Shown: positions 40,801 through 53,445 of the stretch, piece by piece
Numbering within the stretch: position 1 is the stretch's first letter
Layout of the letters: each line of letters opens with the position of its first letter
From: Eledone cirrhosa
Taxonomy: Eukaryota
Direction: 5' to 3'
Length of the DNA stretch: 64,000 nucleotides
Assembly (NCBI GenBank): GCA_964016885.1
Contig: OZ024745.1
Coordinates: 109,058,001 to 109,122,000 of the forward strand
Position numbers and translations under genes: made by a program
Notes under the pieces: model-generated
The model's input: only the letters and a program-made list of their open reading frames with translations
What the model was told of the DNA's origin: nothing
Databases searched by the model: none

Positions 40801-40880
40801 CAGTTGTCCCTCGTTATTTGCGGAGGTTACGTTCCTACAGAACCCGCGAAGAGTGAAAAACTGCGAATATTGGACCTGGT
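40801..40880 (+). mobile_element. Tigger/pogo-like terminal fragment
   Basis: CAGTTGTCCCTCGTTATTTGCGG..CCCGCGAA..TGCGAATA terminus pattern. Confidence 0.55.
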
Positions 40881-40989
40881 GCATAAAAATGCCTATAAAC
40901 GTCAAAATATAACGGACAATATAATAATAATAAAAAAAAGAGTGAGGGTCTTATGCGAAGGAGCGTCCAATTGACCGGCAAATACGGTA

Positions 40990-41103
40990 TATTATTATAT
41001 CCCGCCGAGGTTGACTTTGCATTTCATCCTTACGGGGTCGATAAAATAAAGTACCAGTAATGCACTGGGTAATTGCTGGCCTTGTGCCTAAAGTAGAAAC
41101 AAT
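40990..41103 (+). mobile_element. 5'-truncated Meta-like SINE
   Basis: Consensus match. Confidence 0.85.
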
Positions 41104-41159
41104 TAATAATTTAGCGTTAAAAAAAAAAATTTTAGCGTTAAAAAAAGCCATGAAAAAAT

Positions 41160-41531
41160 AGCAGTTGTTGCAAATTAAACAGTGTCTCTTTCCGTTCACC
41201 GTTGTGCAAAACTCCTGTAATCCCCACTTTTATTGAAACACTCGCCCTTTTTCGTTCAATTTCCTTTTTCTCTTAGCTGGAGGAGCACTAGCTATTTTTA
41301 AAGAAAAAGCTTTTGAAATTTTGAAAGAAAGTGTTCTGCTTACAACTGTTAATGAGCTGCGTGTGATTCGTCGGAAGTTAAAAGTAGTTGACAAAAATCG
41401 CACAAAAAAACAATCGTATGGAAATTTTTTTATCATTTTATATTATACGAAGATAAAAGATGCTCGCGCTGTATAAACCTTTGTGCGGGCCGCAGGTGTG
41501 CTTGCAACGGGCCGCATGTTTGACATGCCTG
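41160..41531 (-). mobile_element. hAT (Charlie/Buster/SPIN-like) left end with transposase N-terminus remnant
   Basis: TIR CAGGCATGTCAAACATGCGGCCCG, TCTAG flank; ASAPPAKRKRKLNEKGRVFQ*KWDLQEFCTTVNGKRHCLICN. Confidence 0.8.
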
Positions 41532-41532
41532 C

Positions 41533-42090
41533 TCTAGCTAGGTGAGAAACAAAACAAGGATGTGTTTTATGGAACACCCAAATGATTTAGAAGTCGACCT
41601 TAAGTAGGAACAATAACATTAAGAAAGACTTGAACGACACCACATCATTTTGTATTGAAAATTTTGAAAGTAGGTTTATAAGTATGAATTCTCATCAAAT
41701 TTTCGTAGCTGTCTCAGTGGCCTAGCGGTAGGTTCTAGAGACGGTGGCGATACTGGTCTTGGGTTCAATCCGGGTCAAGTGGTTCATGTAATCTTTTTCA
41801 GTTTTTATTTTACATCCCATAGAAAAAACGAAAACGTACACGGGGAACCCTACTCACGACCAGGATCGAGCTTCAGACAAGGATCACCACCGGCTATGAT
41901 TCCTCCAGCTAGGCCGCTGAGACAGCTTCAAAAGTATAACGAAAATTAATAATTATAAACCTATTTTCAAAATCAAAGTTAAAAAGATGTGGTGTCGTTC
42001 ATGACTTTCCTAGAGCTATTAGTCATATTTAGGGTCGACTTGTCAATCATCTGGCGTTTTGGTAACAACCTTATTATTCCTATGTGTGTT
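41533..42090. mobile_element. Imperfect inverted-repeat element with two convergent tRNA-like units
   Basis: Arms 41590-41783 and 41848-42041; further left-arm copies at 42338-42683 and 63787-64000. Confidence 0.65.
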
Positions 42091-42147
42091 TAAGTGTTGA
42101 ATTAATTTAATTTAATTATTTTAACAAACAAATAATATATATATATA

Positions 42148-42334
42148 TAATTGTTTCTACTTTTAGCACAAGGCCAGCAATTATCCCAGTGTATTACTGG
42201 TGCTTTTATCGACCCCGTAAGGATGAAAGGCAAAGATAACTTCGGTGGGATATGAACTCAGACCATAAAGGGCCGTAACTCTTTGCTGCAAAGCATGGCA
42301 TCCGACCCTCTACCGATACTGCCAATCCACCGCC
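42148..42334 (-). mobile_element. Meta-like SINE
   Basis: Consensus match. Confidence 0.88.
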
Positions 42335-42846
42335 CTTTGAATCTAACTAACATGCAAAAACATATATATATGAATAAGGTAAGCCCAAATCATAGTAGAT
42401 TCAAATATCACAGAGAGAAAGAGAGAAAGAGAGAAAGAGAGGGGGAGAAATGGGGTGCGACAGAAATGAAACATGGATTACAGGTTAAAATATAGTCTAG
42501 ATAGATGAGAATCAAAACAAGGATGTAGTTTATGGAACACCCAAATGATTTAGAAGTCGACCTTAAGTAGGAGCAATAACATTAAGAAATACATGAACGA
42601 CACCACATCATTTTGTATTGAACATTTTGAAAGTAGGTTTATAAGTATGAATTTTCATAAGATTTTCGTAGCTGTCTCAGTGGAACCATTATACTGTACC
42701 TACACCAGGTATGTCAAAGATGCCTGGTGTAGGTAATGTAAAGAGTTAGTGCCCCAAAGGCTGAGCTTTTGCCATTTCGACGGTGTATGGATAACTGCAG
42801 TTATTAATTCGCCGTCGGAACGGGAATAGCTCAGCCGTCGGACACT

Positions 42847-42945
<99 letters not shown>

Positions 42946-43053
42946 AATCTATTTCTAGTTGATATGTAATGCTCGGTTCTAATCTTTGAGCTTATTCTAC
43001 AGTGGATATGGCGCATGCCTATCAGACATGACAACCCTTAATTTTAATTTTGG

Positions 43054-43089
<36 letters not shown>

Positions 43090-43615
43090 TTCTGTATGTG
43101 TCTGTATGTGTCTGTATGTGTCTGTATGTGTGTGTATGTGTCTGTGCGTGCATGGGTGTGTAAGAAGGAAACTGGCTTCTTTGACGCCTTTAAAATTAAG
43201 GCTTTATCATTTCCTTGTGAACAAGATTGCCCAACGGGGACAGCACGTGTAAGCGGGGGAGGGGACGAGAGGGAGAAAGAGATATTAAGAGTCGTGGTGG
43301 GTTTAAGACAAGTATAAACCAGAATGTGGATCTTGTCATTAGACTATCTTGCATGGTTTAAAGTATTAATGTTGTTCTTGTTTAACGTTATGTCGCTCCC
43401 CACTGAACAGGCACATGGTCGAAGCAATTGCAGTAACACCACCCCTGCCTCTTTTCTTTTCAGGCAATGTGTATCTAGGACTATTTTATTTTAAATTATA
43501 AAACGGCAGTGTGTAACGTATGGAAAACTTGGCTGCTATTTCTAGCAAATTGGCATGGTATATCCAGAATATGTATGGACAATCACACACTATCTCTCTC
43601 TCACACACATACATA

Positions 43616-43689
43616 TGGGTGTCCCCAAAATTGTACACACACTTTAATTAGAATCCCGTTGAAGTTTCTATACACTTTTTGGGACACCA
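43616..43689. mobile_element. Tiny Tc1/mariner-type MITE
   Basis: GGTGTCCC.AAAA.TGTA.. TIRs, TA flanks. Confidence 0.6.
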
Positions 43690-43875
43690 TATATATAGCA
43701 GAGTTGCTCACGAAAAAATAAAACGAAATACGTGGGACGAATAAACTATAAACACCGACTACCTCTGCAACAGCCTACTAGGCCAAGCAATTTCGTGCAA
43801 AATGGTGGTATTACATAATATTGAGCCCAGGCTGCACGACGGGTTAAAACAAGCAGCTGGAAAGAAGCATATGAG

Positions 43876-43958
43876 ACAACGCAGCAACATAGGAGAGAGT
43901 TTTGTCGCACTGGCAAATAAACGGTTAATTAGTAAAAAGAGTGCGTAGTATTACAGCA

Positions 43959-44042
<84 letters not shown>

Positions 44043-44096
44043 CACACATATATATATATATAAAGGTATCTCGCTCTCTCTCTCTCTCTCTCTCTG

Positions 44097-44144
<48 letters not shown>

Positions 44145-44298
44145 TGTATATATATATAGGAATATATATATATATATATATATATATGCATGCTGTAATA
44201 CTACGCACTCCTTTGATTAATTAACCGTTTATTTGCCAGTGCGACAAAACTCTCTCCTCTTTTTTATTTTTACGAAAGTCTCCTATGTTGCTGCGTTA
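43876..44298. repeat. Inverted repeat (about 90-bp arms) enclosing a (TA)n/(TC)n microsatellite
   Basis: 43876-43965 versus 44184-44298. Confidence 0.85.
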
Positions 44299-44779
44299 TC
44301 CTCCCTTTGGGAAAACCACGTGACCGCCAGCACTCTTACTGCTATAATTCAGACCCGACAGCGGCATTGAACGGAAACGTGTTGAGAAAGCGAACCCTCT
44401 GTTCGATCTTCCAAAACCAATAACATGCATACCCCGCAAGTGGATTTGTTGATTTCGGTTTCACAGAAACCTACCGGAGATATTGCTTAAAATCGACGGG
44501 ATGGTCCAGGTTTGTAAAATTGGTTTGTAAAGTTGGTTTTCTCGTTGCTTTGGTCCTTGCGGCTGGCTCACCGGTCGCAGTCCTTGTCAAGCTGTCTAAA
44601 CGTAATGTTATTACTCTAAGCTAAAACTACCTTATTGAGTGCTTAGCTGCACATTCCGATTGCATTCCTTAGCATGGCTGCAGCCAGAGTCCATTCTGAA
44701 CTTCCATTTGTATATATATAATAAGGAGTTGACGGACCCAGCATATTTATCAATGCCAGTACCGGTTGTATCTCAGCGT

Positions 44780-45415
44780 ACTCCATGGGCAATGTAAGAT
44801 ACATTCCCAGAGTATACATATAGTTATTTGCTTCAACACAACACACGTAAAACGGGTGCCTATATATAAAGTTAGTCCTTCATCAGTGATCTTCCAACCA
44901 TCATTGGTATTTCATCGCTTTAAAGACCATATACCTCCGGTTGGTGCGAGCAACGGCTAAAAAAAGTCGTTGGGACACGTAAATAAAGGGGACAAGAGTG
45001 TAAACAACAAAAATGGTGAGCAACGAAAAGTGAGGAAGAAGAAGTCAAGTCCCAAATTTCTATGAATTTAAATTCGGTGAAATCGTGAACGAGAGAGAAT
45101 AAAGATCATCAAACCTGGTTGGAATGTAAGCAAGGAAGGAATTCCGTACAGGTCTAACGGGAGGAAGAAGGGATCTAGTCTGTGATTTCGGTGAACGTGA
45201 GTTCTGTGAAATCGTAGACGAGAGAGAGAAAAAGAACGACCTGCTAGACCAAGAGTGCGAAAGAAAAGAATTACGCACAGGTCAAACAGGAAGAAGGAGG
45301 AGGAGGAGGGGTAGTAACAGAGAATGAGTGAGTGAAGGGTGAGGAAGAGGCTAACAGAGAGAATGACTGCTAGAGAGGGTAAAGAAACAGAGAAAGAGGA
45401 AGCGGTAAGAACGAA
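44780..45415 (-). repeat. Dispersed repeat family I (long form)
   Basis: About 540 bp reverse-complement homology with 58260-58820. Confidence 0.8.
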
Positions 45416-45427
45416 ATTATATATATA

Positions 45428-46652
45428 TAGATTAGTGGAGGATAAGTGCGACGACATTCTCGGGGAAACTCTAGGCAGAGATCCTACCAAAAGGACCTGT
45501 CCAAGATGCAAGCAGGACATCGAAACCGTTCTGCACGCAATTGTTCAGTGCCCAGGGGTGATCGACCTGTGGAATTATGTCGAACAGCTACTGTCACGTG
45601 TGGGACGCATCCAGTTGTCAGCCGAGTCCATCGTGAGAATCAACCCGCCGCCTTCATATAAGAATGAAGGAGAGGCGGTTTTCATCTGTCTTGTGGCTAT
45701 GGTGGACGAAGTTAAAAGGACTGAGGGCAAACACCTTTCTCTCCGGACAACAACTTATCTCCTTCTTTAAGTACGACTTCAGAAGGAAGATGAGAGTGAA
45801 GAGAGAGGTGCTACACCCCAGTAAATTCTCTGAAAGGTGGGTGAATGTGGCGAAAATGGACCTAGTGAATGGGCCTTCTCTGTATATAAACCTGTATGTT
45901 GAGGAAGATGAACAGAAGGAAGACGGGAACACCTACAAAACGTGTTCCTGGTGTTGAGGGTTGTTCTATCCACGGGATTTCAATTGTTATTTTATTAAAT
46001 ATAGTTTATTGTTATATATTAATGTTAAAGTTATATGATTTTTATGTAAAACCCCCGCCGTCACGTCTTGTAATGCCCCAATTTTATACGTCCCTGTGGC
46101 AAATAAAGAAAGATATCTATTTATCTATAGGTTGAGGAAAAGGAGGAGGAGAGGAAAGGAGTACAAACTCTTCGTACTCCTGGAGATGAGGGTTGCACAT
46201 TTTTTCGGGGGTATGTGTTACCCATATAAACTGTCTCCCCCTATTGGGGAAAATCGACTAACTTTTTAAATTGCATTTGTGATAACATTTTACACGTTTT
46301 TATTGTATGTAAACTTCCCCCTTTGTATTTGTCCCCTTCTTTTGTGCCCCTGTGGCTAATAAAGAAACATATCTATCTATCTATCTATCTATTTATTTTA
46401 AAAAAAAAAAAAAGAGGAAGGAACGAGGGAGCACCCCCTCTCTGTGCTCCTGAGGAAAAGGGTTGCACACTTTTTTCGGGGGTGTGTGCGACCCCCCAAG
46501 GGGATTTTGTTATAAATTTTATTTTTTGTTATATTTTATTTTATTTTTATACTTTGTTATTGCCTCCTCCTTATTGAGGACGCCTTTTTGTGTAAACTCC
46601 CCCCTTTGTACTTGTCCCACTTTTGATGCCCTGGTGGCAAATAAAAGAAACA
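45428..46652 (+). mobile_element. Tandem cluster of three Tx1/L1-clade 3' ends separated by TATC repeats
   Basis: CCHC knuckle CPRCKQDIETVLHAIVQC; ends at about 46112, 46368 and 46652, each AATAAA(A)GAAA then (TATC)n. Confidence 0.85.
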
Positions 46653-46730
46653 TATCTATCTATCTATTTATCTATCTATATATCTATCTATCTATATATC
46701 TATATATATATATAGATATCTATATATCTA

Positions 46731-46763
<33 letters not shown>

Positions 46764-47043
46764 GTCTGTCTGTCTGTATATCAATCCATCTCTATACTAA
46801 CAGCGCGCCTTTTCCAATTGCGTTCAAACCTCACTGGTTTCCTCTTTTCATTGTTTCGTTTACTGAAGAAGTACTTTGACACAATTACTCATTCAGTATT
46901 CTCCTCCGTACCCCACACCACCTCACCCCTTTCGCCCAGCTCCCATCGTTTCATTCATGACAAAGAAAACTCCTACTACACAAAAAATTAAGGGCAAAAT
47001 CAGCAGCGACATTAGTTGTAGCATCAGCATCATCATCATCAAC

Positions 47044-47076
<33 letters not shown>

Positions 47077-47181
47077 GGCGGCAGTTAAAGTTCCTCTTGA
47101 AATTACGACGAATCTACCCGAGTTAAAGGAAGAGAAAAAAAGGGGAAAAGCAGGTTCTTAGCTTTAAGGGATGTACATTTA

Positions 47182-47341
47182 GTGGTGATGGTGGTGGTGA
47201 CGGTGGTGTTGGTGGTGACGGTGCTGGTGGTGGTGGTGGTGGTGGTGGTGCTGCTGGTGGTGGTGCTGGTGGTGGTGGTGGTGCTGGTGCTGGTGGTGCT
47301 GGTGCTGATGCTGGTGGTGGTGGTACTGGTTGTGGCGTTGG

Positions 47342-47372
<31 letters not shown>

Positions 47373-47716
47373 GCTGGTGCTGGTGGTGGTGGTACTGGTT
47401 GTGGCGTTGTTGGTGGCGCTGCTGTTGGTGGTGGTGGTGCTGGTGCTGGTGCTGGTGCTGGTGGTGGTGGTGGTGGTGGTGGTGGTGTTGGTGCTGGTGC
47501 GGGTGGTGCTGGTTGTGGCGTTGGTGGTGGTGTTGGTGGTGGTGTTGGTGCTGGTGCTGGTGGTGCTGGTTGTGGCGTTGGTGGTGGTGTTGGTGGTGGT
47601 GTTGGTGCTGGTGCTGGTGGTGCTGGTTGTGGCGTTGTTGGTGGCGCTGGTGCTGGTGCTGGTGGTGCTGGTGGTGCTGGTGCTGGTGGTGCTGGTGCTG
47701 CTGGTTGTGGCGTTGG

Positions 47717-47747
<31 letters not shown>

Positions 47748-47900
47748 GCTGGTGCTGGTGCTGGTGCTGGTGGTGCTGGTTGTGGTGTTGTTGGTGGCGC
47801 TGGTGGTGGTGGTGGTGGTGCTGGTTGTGGCGGTGGTGCTGGTGGTGGTGGTGGGCATTGATGTCAGGATGCTAACGCATTGGTGGTAGTAGTAATGGTG
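47182..47900. repeat. (GGT/GCT)n low-complexity tract
   Basis: Visible triplet repeats. Confidence 0.9.
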
Positions 47901-48166
47901 GTGGAGGGTTATTGTGGAAATGGTGGGTGGATGTGGTGGGTAGATGTGGTATGTGTTAATAGGGGCTGGTAGAGGTAGTGGTGGTTGGCAATGCTAATGG
48001 CATGATAGTGCTGGTAGCTGAGCTATGTGCTAATGGGGTGGGGTGTAGGTGAGTGGAGTGAATATAATAGTATTGGTGATGTTGATAGTAGTGGTATTGG
48101 AGGAAAGAGTTGTAGTGGTGTTGGTCTCAGTGGTGTTATATGTATCGGAAGTAGAAGTAGCCTAAG

Positions 48167-48690
48167 TAGAATTAGTAGTAGTCGTGGTGGTGGTATAGTG
48201 ATGTATGGATATACGAGGACCATGGTGTACGGTCCTTTATGATCTGAGTTTAAATACCGCCAAGGTTGACTTTGCCTTTCACCCTTACGGGGTCGATAAA
48301 ATAAAGTACCAGTAATGCACTGAGGTAAAATAGAATTAGTAGTAGTCGTGGAGGTGGTATAGCGATGCATGGATATACGAGGACCATGGTGTACGGCCCT
48401 TTATGATCTGAGTTTAAATACCGCCAAGGTTGACTTTGCCTTTCACCCTTACGGGGTCGATAAAATAAAGTACCAGTAATGCACTGGGGTAAAATAGAAT
48501 TAGTAGTAGTCGTGGTGGTGGTATAGCGATGCATGGATATACGAGGACCATGGTGTACGGCCCTTTATGATCTGAGTTCAAATCCCGCCGAGGTTAACTT
48601 TGCCTTTCATCCTTACGGGGTCGATAAATATAAAGCACCAGTAATACACTGGGGTTATTGCTGGCCTTGTGCCAAAAGTAGAAACAGTTA
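48167..48690 (+). repeat. Three 164-bp tandem units containing a truncated SINE
   Basis: Units start at 48167, 48331 and 48495. Confidence 0.9.
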
Positions 48691-48719
48691 TCGGTAGCAA
48701 TATTTAGGCACAAGCAATA

Positions 48720-49088
48720 TTTAGACACAAGGCTAACAATTTGGGGGAAGGGGAAAGTTAATTAAATCGATCCCAGTGCATTACTGGTACTCAATTTTAT
48801 CGATCCCCATAAGGATGAAAGGCAAAGTTTAACCTCGGTAGGATTCGAACTCAGATCGTAAAGGACGATCTGGTAGTATTATTAGTTGTATGTAAAGGCG
48901 GTGGATTGGCAGTATCGGTAGAGGGTCAGACACCATGCTTTCAAGCATAGTGCTACCTCCCTTTATGATCTGAGTTCAAATCCCGCTGAGGTTAACTTTG
49001 CCTTTCATCCTTACGGGGTCGATAAAATAAAGCACCAGTAATACACTGGGGTATTTGCTGGCCATGTGCCAAAAGTAGAAACAATTAT
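48720..49088. mobile_element. Two Meta-like SINEs (48720-48865 minus, long variant; 48897-49088 plus)
   Basis: Consensus match; second copy has TSD ATTATTAGTTGTATG. Confidence 0.85.
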
Positions 49089-49939
49089 TAGTTGTATGAT
49101 TGGGTTCGTGGTAATGGTGTTTACTTTTGTTGGTTAACTCAAGTTCTGCTCTAATTAAGTCGACCTTAATCAAAGCCTTTCCAGGCACGGCCATCTAGTC
49201 TTTTATCTTTCAGACATAGTCTATTATCCAGTATGACCTGTTTTTGTTTATGCGCTTCATGAAGATATGGCTGGTACCTTTAGCAGGTCGACCATTCACG
49301 TAGAGGTCTCATAGGTACTGATGATGAGCTTGTTTTGTCTCTTCTTACTTTTGGTCAGACGTTCGTTTTATTTTTGTTTTGTTTTTTAAATTCAAGCAGT
49401 GAACCTAGATCTACATTATCCAACGACAGGGTGCGATTTAAGGAGGATTTAGCTACTACTTTTGTAACTCAAGTAACTGCATAGAGATTCTCTCACTGGC
49501 TCGTATTTTAGTGTGCTATTTATGTTATTTAACCGTAGGTCAGCTCTGGTCACACCGGTTTTATCATCAAAGACATTTTATTTGTCCAAACGCCTTCTAT
49601 TTATTTAGATTTAGTGTGTTTACGAATACATCATTCGATACGTCCCAATTTGTCCATGATGTTAGGGAATAATTTAAGGGAAAATGTGGCAACTATTTCT
49701 ATGAGGTCGAGTGATCATATATAAGCACCCCTCTTTGCTTTAAAGAGACAATGGTACATAAAGACAATTATTTCAGGCTAGCACCGTCTATTTTCCCGTC
49801 TGTGTGTGTAAATGGTAGAGGGTGGTGAGCGGAAACATGGAGAAAATAATAAACTTCTTTATTTTCTTTATTTCTTTCTTCATTTCCCTTGTTTCCATTT
49901 TCTTCGGTTCTCTCTCTCTCTATCTATCTATCTATCTAC

Positions 49940-50765
49940 AATTTTTATGTAAAACGCCCGCCGTCACGTCTTGTAATGTCCCATTTCTTGTACGCCCCTG
50001 TGGCAAATAAAGATATCTATCGAACAACTGCTGTCAAGGGTGGGACCGATCCGGTTGACCACCGAGTCTATTGTAATGATCAAGCCGCCTCCCCCCTTCA
50101 AAGATGAAGCAGAGGCGGTGTTTCTGTGCGTAATAGCCATGGCGAAAGAGGTTGTATGGTGGACGCGTCTGAAAGGACTGAGGTCAGGCACCTTTCTCTC
50201 TGGCCAACAACTGGTCCGTTTCTTCCGATATCATTTCGGAAGAAGGATCAGGATGGAGAGAGAGGTGCTGCACCCCAGCCGTTTCTATGAAAGATGGGTG
50301 AAAGTGGCGAGAATGGCCCGTGTGAATGGGCCTTCACTCTACATCAGACTACAGGTGAGGAAGATGAAAGACCAAGGGAGCACCCCTTCTCTGTGCTCCT
50401 GAGGAGAAGGGTTGCACACTTTTTTCGGGGGTGTGTGCGACCCCCCAAGGCGCCTCCTCTCTATTGAGGATTTTGTTAAAAATTTTATTTTTTGTTATAT
50501 CTTATTTTATTTTTATATTTTGTTATTGCCTCCTCCTTATTGAGGACGCCTTTTTGTGTAAACTCCCCCCTTTGTACTTGTCCCACTATTGATGCCTTAG
50601 TGGCAAATAAAAGAAACATATCTATCTATTTGTCTATCTATCTATCTATCTATTTATCTATCTATCTATCTAGATAATTCTATTTTTTTTACACGCATGT
50701 ATGTAAACTCCCCACTCTGTATTTGTCCCCATCTTTTTGCGCCCTTGTGGCAAATAAAGAAATAT
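49940..50765 (+). mobile_element. Second cluster of three Tx1/L1-clade 3' ends in (TATC)n
   Basis: [37 protein letters not shown]; ends at about 50012, 50618 and 50765. Confidence 0.85.
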
Positions 50766-51479
50766 ATCTATCAAGAAAATAGTCAGGACTCCGACAGCTG
50801 AGCTCGGGCCGTTTCGACAGCTAGATCCGAACTCTTATCTATCTATCTATCTATCCATCTACCCCTCCTCCTCTCTCTCCCTTCTTGTCTTGATACTCCA
50901 TTCATCCTTTCCCTTATTTGTTCCTTCTTTCCATCCTTCCCTAAGAATTATTAAAAGTTTTGGGTGTATTTTAAAAAAAAATACATATGAGAGTCGTGGA
51001 TTCACTATGATGTTGATAATGACAACCATGTGGGGTGGCGAGATACGTAAGAGTGGGGTACATACGGGTGCAAGTGGGCTGGAAACTAAGAGGTGGAAGA
51101 ACGATTTACTTTTATAGGAGAGGGTAATAGAAGGGACGGCTCTACCAGATAATGTTTCACATCCTTATTCGACCAGGCATGTAAAAAGACAAAAAGGAAA
51201 AGAAAAAAAACTTAACTCTCCCTAAAACAAACAAACAAAAAATAAACTATCAGCTAGTTAGTTGACTCGTGTGTATTAAGGGTGTCAGTGGGTACTCTCA
51301 GTTCGGGGTAGTTGAACAACAAAGTAGGGTAGAGTGAAAGGGAATTTCACCCTCCCCGCATCCCACAATAACTACGTCACCCATCGGAGCACACGAACGT
51401 GTAAAGGCGGTCTCCCTGGTAAGCAATCGTGTGTGCTCAAATATACATATATATATATATACATATATACACACACACA

Positions 51480-51544
<65 letters not shown>

Positions 51545-51545
<1 letters not shown>

Positions 51546-51682
51546 ATAAATGTAATCTGAGTTTTTCGAATATTAATAATAACATGCTTGTTTGTATAAT
51601 TGCAAACGAATCGAATGTTATTCTTAATATTCGAAAAACTCAGATTACATTTATTGTATTCAGCCATGTAGAGCGAAAATGT

Positions 51683-51688
<6 letters not shown>
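51545..51688. repeat. Foldback family J
   Basis: About 38-bp arms; related copy at 60961-61125. Confidence 0.7.
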
Positions 51689-51767
<79 letters not shown>

Positions 51768-52336
51768 TATACATATATATACATATATATATATATAAAT
51801 CTGTGTGGTTGTAGATATTCGTGAATTGTGTATAAATGTTTGTTTGCATATATATATATTATATATATATATATATATTAATAAAAGGAATTTCAACTTT
51901 GTCTGATTTACTCGTTTTATTTACAATCCTTTAAAATTTATAATGGTATTAGAATGAAATAGTATGGTAGAATATTAAATGTTAAGTGTTAATTGAATAA
52001 GTACTTTCATGCTTTCGCAATCTTCAGGTTCATAATGTGTGGTGACAGTCAAGTTTGCAATTTTCAACTGCAATACACACCAGTCAATTTTCAACTATAT
52101 CTATATATAGATATATATACATACACTTAGCTTTTCTCTTTGTTGTTTACTTGTCTCACTCGCTTTACGCGTTTTAATTGTCCTAATAACTTAATTTAGT
52201 TATTATTGCACCAACGTGAGGTATATGATTTTTAATGCAATGAAATATCTATGATCGTTGGCAAATCACTGATGAGGGACTCATTTTATAACATGTTATC
52301 CACGTGCAACCTGCAGTATTCTTCTCCCCATTTTTT

Positions 52337-52381
<45 letters not shown>

Positions 52382-52804
52382 TTGGCAAGCTGGAGAATGA
52401 GTATTCAATACCAGAATAGAGATTATTAAGATTATTAATAGTTTATTAAGGTTAATCCAATGTCATGCTACTCTGCATTTACTTCTTCTTGCTACAGACT
52501 CCCCTGACAGTTGCAGACAGAATCGTGTGTAGAACTGTCAGAGGAATATCTATATATTGAATGCAAGTATTTTTATATATGTTAGAGACCACCAGCGTTG
52601 CGAAAGGGTTTATCTAGTCTAATTTGAATATATATTGAAATGGTAGGGGCTCTATTTTACGATAGTAAGAATACTTTCTGAATTATTGCTACGTGTGTAT
52701 GATGAGTGATAAAATCTTTTTAATTCCATAAGGGTATTTTTAACGCTGTTAATGTTGCATTACAGAATTTTTAACTTGAATATGTAATATTTAGTTATTA
52801 ATAA

Positions 52805-52884
<80 letters not shown>

Positions 52885-52981
52885 TTTCAAAATAGGGAGC
52901 GCATAGGACAAGACCAATGGAAAATAACAATAGAGAGACGGGCAGTCTCATTTCCCCAGACAACTGGAAATCAGTACGGTT

Positions 52982-53044
<63 letters not shown>

Positions 53045-53239
53045 AACAGTTATACGTGTGTATAAATATATCAATTACAATCCCATATCAGAGGAGAAGG
53101 CTGGCGACACACACATCCAAAAGTCTTCCTATATAACAAGGAATTAAATATATACACAGCGAGGGACTATCATACATTATATACATTACAAGTACAATTG
53201 ATGCAGAAACATATTCTTCGGAAATGTAATGATGGTCTC

Positions 53240-53445
53240 TGATTTAGACACAAGGCCAACAATTTTCGGGGAGGGGAAAGTCGATTAAATTGACTCCAGT
53301 AGATTACTGGTACTTTATTTTATCGACCTCGTAAGAATGAAAGGCAAAGATTAACCTCGGCGGGATTTGAACTCAGGGCATAAATGGTCGTAATTCTATG
53401 CCTCTAAACATGTTGTCCGACGCTCTACAGATTTTGCCAATCCGA
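53240..53445 (-). mobile_element. Meta-like SINE, long variant
   Basis: Consensus match with the GTCGATTAAAT.GAC insert. Confidence 0.8.

Noticed and set aside
41707-41783. tRNA gene
   Set aside because: A and B boxes are present but there is no convincing cloverleaf or anticodon arm, and it sits in a repeat arm. SINE heads were rejected as tRNA genes for the same reason.
47103-47889. 251-aa Thr/Ser-rich ORF
   Set aside because: A pure (ACC/AGC)n tract open in multiple frames; no unique domain. It cannot be fully excluded without RNA data.
48167-48690. CRISPR-like or regularly spaced array
   Set aside because: Eukaryotic tandem duplication with no unique spacers.
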